The notes under the pieces are model-generated. The model saw only the letters and a list, made by a program, of their open reading frames with translations. It was not told the DNA's origin and did no database searches. The position numbers were made by a program, and so were the translations under genes. 64,000 nucleotides of DNA from Gemmatimonadota bacterium (GTDB lineage Bacteria; Gemmatimonadota; Gemmatimonadetes; Gemmatimonadales; Gemmatimonadaceae), in contig JAPLKT010000147.1 of assembly GCA_026387895.1 (NCBI GenBank), forward strand, positions 14,625 through 78,624. The letters are read 5' to 3'. Positions 60,901 through 64,000 of the stretch are shown here, in pieces (the stretch's first letter is position 1; each line of letters begins with the position of its first letter).

Positions 60901-61185
60901 GATGCGCCCTGGCACGAAGGTCACGTTCCCTGTGATCTGACCCAAGCGACTGGCGACAGAATCCACCGCACTCCCTTCTCCACCCCAGCACGAGATCAAG
61001 CCTGCCGGGGTTGCCCGATTGTCGAGCGACGCGACGAGCGAACTCCGACCGACCAGTGTGGCGAGGCGGGGCGCGACCCCACGAGACGCACTCGACGCGC
61101 GAGGTCCCGTGACGTCCGCGAGCTTGCTGCACGCCGCGACCACGAGCAACGTGGCGAGTATTGACTTGAGGATACGACGGTTCAT
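57976..61185 (-). CDS. Large surface/secreted lipoprotein: LamG/concanavalin-like domain + six tandem Ig-like modules + PxKF-like C-terminal domain
   Basis: Lipobox 'VVAACS'. LamG-like 'MTMAAWVN ... WTYVAVTYD ... IDEPAIFNRALT'. The 'ATF(T/A)xL' motif recurs at aa 351, 455, 550, 651, 760 and 862. C-terminal 'FTGFLSPIDMGRVNVIEAGREIPLRYSV'. Confidence 0.75.
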   Translation of the reverse strand: MNRRILKSILATLLVVAACSKLADVTGPRASSASRGVAPRLATLVGRSSLVASLDNRATPAGLISCWGGEGSAVDSVASRLGQITGNVTFVPGRIGTGFSFNDLTADIVTASDAVLDVGPGLGMTMAAWVNTRGDWFSSLPNDPAKGSGPILEFWNGAHLWSHHQWMDPRMAEFANLIDVNGTWHIVMQQNVVPLQTWTYVAVTYDRATGYEKIWSNGFVEDSAYVGDITPLTSGPVHIGSRITSPNLGPDKYAFNGIIDEPAIFNRALTKDELVALTASTSSICHPKPIVLRAVSVPTAVESGVPFTATFDLITAAGVRARSYNNVTAQLYSGSGALLGTTTVSADSGRATFTNLILAGASTGTTLVFSSTEVVDIVTIPITVTQVVRHMNLLTAPGLTSLGATLAPQPSVELLDAAGLRMANSGNVVTASIVDGPAGGTLTGTLSATSVNGVATFTNLGVATSLGSYTIALSSGAVTAGIFVVSTGTQLLVDVPPTSVVNGGTLSTFAVRVADATGAKASSSTAPVTVSATNGTVTGTTTVNAVNGVATFAGLRITSSTPATPVTLTVSASQFAGVPLSIAITQTAATASFVTQPTSASLNVVWSPQPSIRVLDNAGQPMTSGTVTASVASSPTSLSGTTTVPVVNGVATFTDLSLNTIGLFTVSFSAGGTTTPLTLLLTTTGGGTNPGSTATQVAITSAPTTVESGAAMSTPFRVEIRDVNGVLVSNAAVTVSATIASGSSGVLQGTTSATSVNGVATFTNLRVGSTAGTVRVQFASSGLSSMTSSAVTVTQVVRQLALVTQPGTPRLASTLTVQPVVELRDAAGLAVATGTGAVTASIGSGTAGTLTGINPVTATAGRATFTNLALNGTGSYTLVFSLSGASSITSSTVSFAGTSSLVFTGFLSPIDMGRVNVIEAGREIPLRYSVASGVTAGTTVVQSFTSVQEVCAVPTLLDHPWNGSGKKWDDHSRGSFTDDDEDVSDDYGRYDARRGYYHVNWTTQRSWAGTCRLFTATLIDGTARTIHFRFKRGANNTDSTDMTSWWGADATRRFKPILDAWKRAWKDSD
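58501..60318 (-). repeat. Six ~100-aa tandem Ig-like coding repeats inside the surface protein gene
   Basis: Periodic 'T(L/V)xGTxxxxxVNGVATFTNL' blocks roughly every 100 residues. The repeats are diverged at the nucleotide level. Confidence 0.7.
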
Positions 61186-61506
61186 AGAAAAGCTGCCATG
61201 TCATGAGGAACAGCAGATCGCGGACCCTGCGTGCGGTCGCGATCGCTTGTGTGTCAAATGGATTCCAACGCACCAACTATCAATAACTACGACAGTGTAT
61301 ATCTTCTTGATAATAATAACTACAAGCTTGTCATATTTGCAATAGGATTCAGCAGAAGCTTGTCTGATCTCCACGCCGGTGAGCATCGGCACATGGCACC
61401 CGTTTATAAACCGGTACCCAGGGGTCGACGATGCCAGAGAGGCCGGTCGCGGGAGCGATCGGCCTCTAAAGTAACTGCTTTAAATCTACTGAATGGTTAC
61501 TATTAC

Positions 61507-61538
61507 AAAAGCCTGTGCTTCTGTGGTTTTACACAGGC
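61507..61538 (-). terminator. Possible intrinsic terminator of the DinB-family gene
   Basis: On the minus strand, GCCTGTG (61538-61532) pairs with CACAGGC (61517-61511) around a 14-nt loop that contains the TAA stop. TTTT (61510-61507) follows. Confidence 0.45.
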
Positions 61539-62023
61539 CTCGAACGCATAACCTTCTTCAGCATAGCGATTTGCGCCATGTGGTAGATATCGTGATCGAT
61601 CAGTCCTGCGACTGTTTGCGCTCGTGTCATGCTGGATCCACCCTCTCCGGACACCGATTTTGGGACCTGTAGGAACAGCTCTTCCTCGTGCGCCTTCTCC
61701 AATGCGGCGAGTAGGGCATATCGGGCAGCCTTGAGTGACTCTAGAGTGGCCGCCCAGGCGGCATCATTGGTTTCGGCCACGGTTGGCCAGTCGCCGCGCG
61801 TGGGAACTGGTCCGCCGCCACCGGTGAGGCGGGCGGCGACCTCTTCAGTCCACGCCAACTGGTGGAGTGTCCCCTCCCAAATGGTCTGCGCGCCGGGAAT
61901 CACGCGCGTGGCCGCTTCAGCAGCCGTGACATCTGCGAGAATCGCCTTGCTCGACTTCCCGTGCCAGGGCTCGCCGGCCCACACCACCATCATCCGTTCC
62001 CGCAACGTTACGCGCAGACTCAT
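61529..62023 (-). CDS. DinB superfamily protein
   Basis: About 160 aa, four-helix pattern with conserved His positions ('WEGTLHQLAWTEE', 'IDHDIYHMAQI'). Confidence 0.6.
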   Translation of the reverse strand: MSLRVTLRERMMVVWAGEPWHGKSSKAILADVTAAEAATRVIPGAQTIWEGTLHQLAWTEEVAARLTGGGGPVPTRGDWPTVAETNDAAWAATLESLKAARYALLAALEKAHEEELFLQVPKSVSGEGGSSMTRAQTVAGLIDHDIYHMAQIAMLKKVMRSRPV

Positions 62024-62079
62024 GGTCGTTCCTCGTCAGGTGGTTTGCCGGTTATTCGGCATCCAGAGGACTCGTACGG

Positions 62080-64000
62080 TCAATGCGGGCCCGGCGATCC
62101 AGATGCGCGCTGTGCGCCCTTGAGAATCTCGAGCCGTAGTTCTGTCCATCCGTCCACCTGCACATACTGCACACGGAGCTCGTGTTTCCCTGCAGAAATC
62201 GGCACCGCATCGACGGTCGATTCGTGTGGCACCCAGTTGTCGATCACGAGAGCGCCATCAACCCACACGCGCACGGCATCGTCGCTGATTGTGCGGAGGG
62301 TGTGGGTTCCCGCGGGGACGGTGACGTTGCTGATCGCTTCGAGCGCCCATTTGGACGATGGCAGCCCGATGATGGTAGGCCGAGCCCAGATGTAGTCGAG
62401 TCGCGAGGTGCGATCGGTGGTGAGTGGCGTGGTCTTCAGCAGAGCATTGAAGGCATCGCTCTTGGTGCGCGGGTCGGTCGTGTCGGCCCACGCGTAGAAT
62501 TTCACGTTCCAGTCGGTGGCGGGCTCGAACATGCGATACGAGAACCGCTGCGCGACATTCGCCGCCTTGGACTCGCCACGCGGTGACAGGGTGGCGGCGC
62601 CTTTGTACTCGAGGACGAGTTCCCAGTCGCCCGCGCCGTCGGGCGCTGGTGTCACGGTGATGGTGTCACTCATGATTCCTGCGGTGGCAGAGATTCCCGC
62701 GAGACCGCGACGCGAGACGACACTCCACTTTCCGTCGGGTCCCAAGACGGCGAGACGCACGGTAGCGCTGTGGGTGCTGTCGACGGGCCAGAGTTTGGGA
62801 GCGCGCCAGTCAAACGGGCCCCATTCATCCACGACAATCGCGCTGCGTGGGCGCTGGCTCATCGGCGACACGGGGATCGTGCGGGCGATCCCTTCGACGG
62901 CCGGTGCGAGTCGATCGAATTCGGCGGGGATTGCGCCCATTGTGGCGCACGGATCGGCGGCGTCTTCGACCGCTTGGACGGGCGCGTTGCCAGTGTTGCG
63001 GAGGCCCAGTGTGTCCTTCATGACGAAGGCCGTGTCGACCGCGGCGAGCGTGTTGTTGGCGAGTTGCAGGCCGCGGGCGTTGGCGATGTTGAAGCCCACC
63101 TGGCTGCGGCTCAGCATGTTACCGGTGATGCTGTTGTTGCGGTTCTGCGTGTCTTTCTTTTTCGGGTACATCCAGTCTGACGGTTCGACTTTATCGGCCC
63201 AGAGTCGCACGGCGGTGCGCTCGCCTTCGAAGCGGTTGACGGCGATGAAGTTGTCTTGCCCGTGTTCGATGGCGATGCCCGTGCGGTTTCGCACGAAGCA
63301 GTTGCTGACGATTTTCGTGTCGAAGCTGTAGCCGCCCCAGAGACCGTAGTCACTCCCTTTGGCCACATTCGCGATCAGCGTGTTGCGGCTAAAGGTGAGT
63401 TCCATGGCATTGGTGGGCGCGTAGGAGAAATCGTTGGCGAAGAAGAGATTGTCGTTGGCACCGCCGATACCGGTGTCCATGGTGCTTTGGCCGGCCCAAA
63501 GGAAGAGTCCGTCTCCGCCGTGGGTGGCGGAGTTATAGGCCACGATGTTGCGGCTGGACTGTTCGAACATGAGCAAGTCGGCGGAGTCTTGGCCGCGGCG
63601 GTAGAAGCCCTCGGAGAATCCGCGGACGTTGTAGTCGAGGGTGTTGTGGAGGAGTGTGTTGTCGGTGGCGCGGTACATACCGACACCGAGTCCGGAGTTG
63701 TAGGCGAAGGTGTTGTCGTGGACCATGAGGTGATCGGACTTCACCATCATCAGTCCATTCATCCCGTGTTCGGCGGTGACGTTTTTGATGTCGCCGCCGC
63801 TGACGCCGTCGAGATAGAGGGCGGCGCCGAAGCGGAGCCACTCTTTTTGTTCGCTGTGATGGAAGGAGAGCCAGTCGGCGAGCGACTCGTGTTCGACCGT
63901 TGAGTAGAGGCGCGGCTTCCAGGTATAACTGATGTTCGCGTCGGCGACGGTGAGCGTTTTGGTGTTGCGCGCGATAATGCCGACGCGGAACCCGTGGATT
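62080..64000 (-). CDS. Right-handed parallel beta-helix repeat protein with a C-terminal PA14-like domain (N-terminus outside the window)
   Basis: The frame stays open upstream of the track start (63762) to nt 64000. Repeated 'N(T/N)L..N' beta-helix rungs. C-terminal 'GTHTLRTISDDAVRVWVDGALVIDNW ... GKHELRVQYVQVDGWTELRLEI'. Confidence 0.7.
   Translation of the reverse strand, partial: IHGFRVGIIARNTKTLTVADANISYTWKPRLYSTVEHESLADWLSFHHSEQKEWLRFGAALYLDGVSGGDIKNVTAEHGMNGLMMVKSDHLMVHDNTFAYNSGLGVGMYRATDNTLLHNTLDYNVRGFSEGFYRRGQDSADLLMFEQSSRNIVAYNSATHGGDGLFLWAGQSTMDTGIGGANDNLFFANDFSYAPTNAMELTFSRNTLIANVAKGSDYGLWGGYSFDTKIVSNCFVRNRTGIAIEHGQDNFIAVNRFEGERTAVRLWADKVEPSDWMYPKKKDTQNRNNSITGNMLSRSQVGFNIANARGLQLANNTLAAVDTAFVMKDTLGLRNTGNAPVQAVEDAADPCATMGAIPAEFDRLAPAVEGIARTIPVSPMSQRPRSAIVVDEWGPFDWRAPKLWPVDSTHSATVRLAVLGPDGKWSVVSRRGLAGISATAGIMSDTITVTPAPDGAGDWELVLEYKGAATLSPRGESKAANVAQRFSYRMFEPATDWNVKFYAWADTTDPRTKSDAFNALLKTTPLTTDRTSRLDYIWARPTIIGLPSSKWALEAISNVTVPAGTHTLRTISDDAVRVWVDGALVIDNWVPHESTVDAVPISAGKHELRVQYVQVDGWTELRLEILKGAQRASGSPGPH

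Overview
This is a densely coding, high-GC bacterial chromosomal window; hand-counted 60-nt lines in typical genes give about 63-70% G+C. I recognised no rRNA, tRNA, CRISPR array, transposase, integrase or phage gene.

Layout:
- (1) nt ~550-30,100 is a ~29.5 kb polysaccharide (EPS/O-antigen-like) island. It holds about 10 glycosyltransferases, two AsnB-like amidotransferases (one fused to a GT4), two SAM methyltransferases and a NodB deacetylase. It also holds a Wzm/Wzt ABC exporter, a Wzy_C/O-antigen-ligase-like membrane protein, Wzc-like BY-kinase, Wza-like export protein, a polyprenyl glycosylphosphotransferase, a PHP-type tyrosine phosphatase, GDP-fucose synthase, and a PilT-like protein whose ATPase motifs are all degenerate.
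- (2) 31-47 kb encodes secreted or periplasmic enzymes and small operons: an S9 peptidase coupled to a PHM/DBH-like copper monooxygenase lipoprotein, an orphan D12-class DNA adenine methyltransferase, a BNR/sortilin-like propeller, MarR plus amidohydrolase, DUF350, and TSUP transporter / enolase-superfamily enzyme / M1 aminopeptidase.
- (3) 47.5-51.2 kb is a tightly translationally coupled five-gene operon: SAM-MT / FolB(FolX)-like / FolM-PTR1-like SDR / PLD-family HKD enzyme / CYTH. I consider it the best candidate for an undescribed system, a pterin-modification pathway.
- (4) 52.2-55.3 kb is a 1026-aa tri-domain protein (APH-type kinase + M23 peptidase + class-III aminotransferase/phospho-lyase fold). 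A low-GC phospholipid-scramblase-family gene follows it.
- (5) 56-64 kb encodes TlpA, a BNR protein, a LamG + 6x Ig-like + PxKF-like surface protein behind an AT-rich leader, DinB, and a beta-helix/PA14 protein that runs off the window.

Many longest-ORF starts in the track are over-extended. I re-set them using 17 hand-verified start/stop junctions (GTGA/ATGA overlaps or abutting codons). All functional calls rest on motif recognition by eye; no searches were run.
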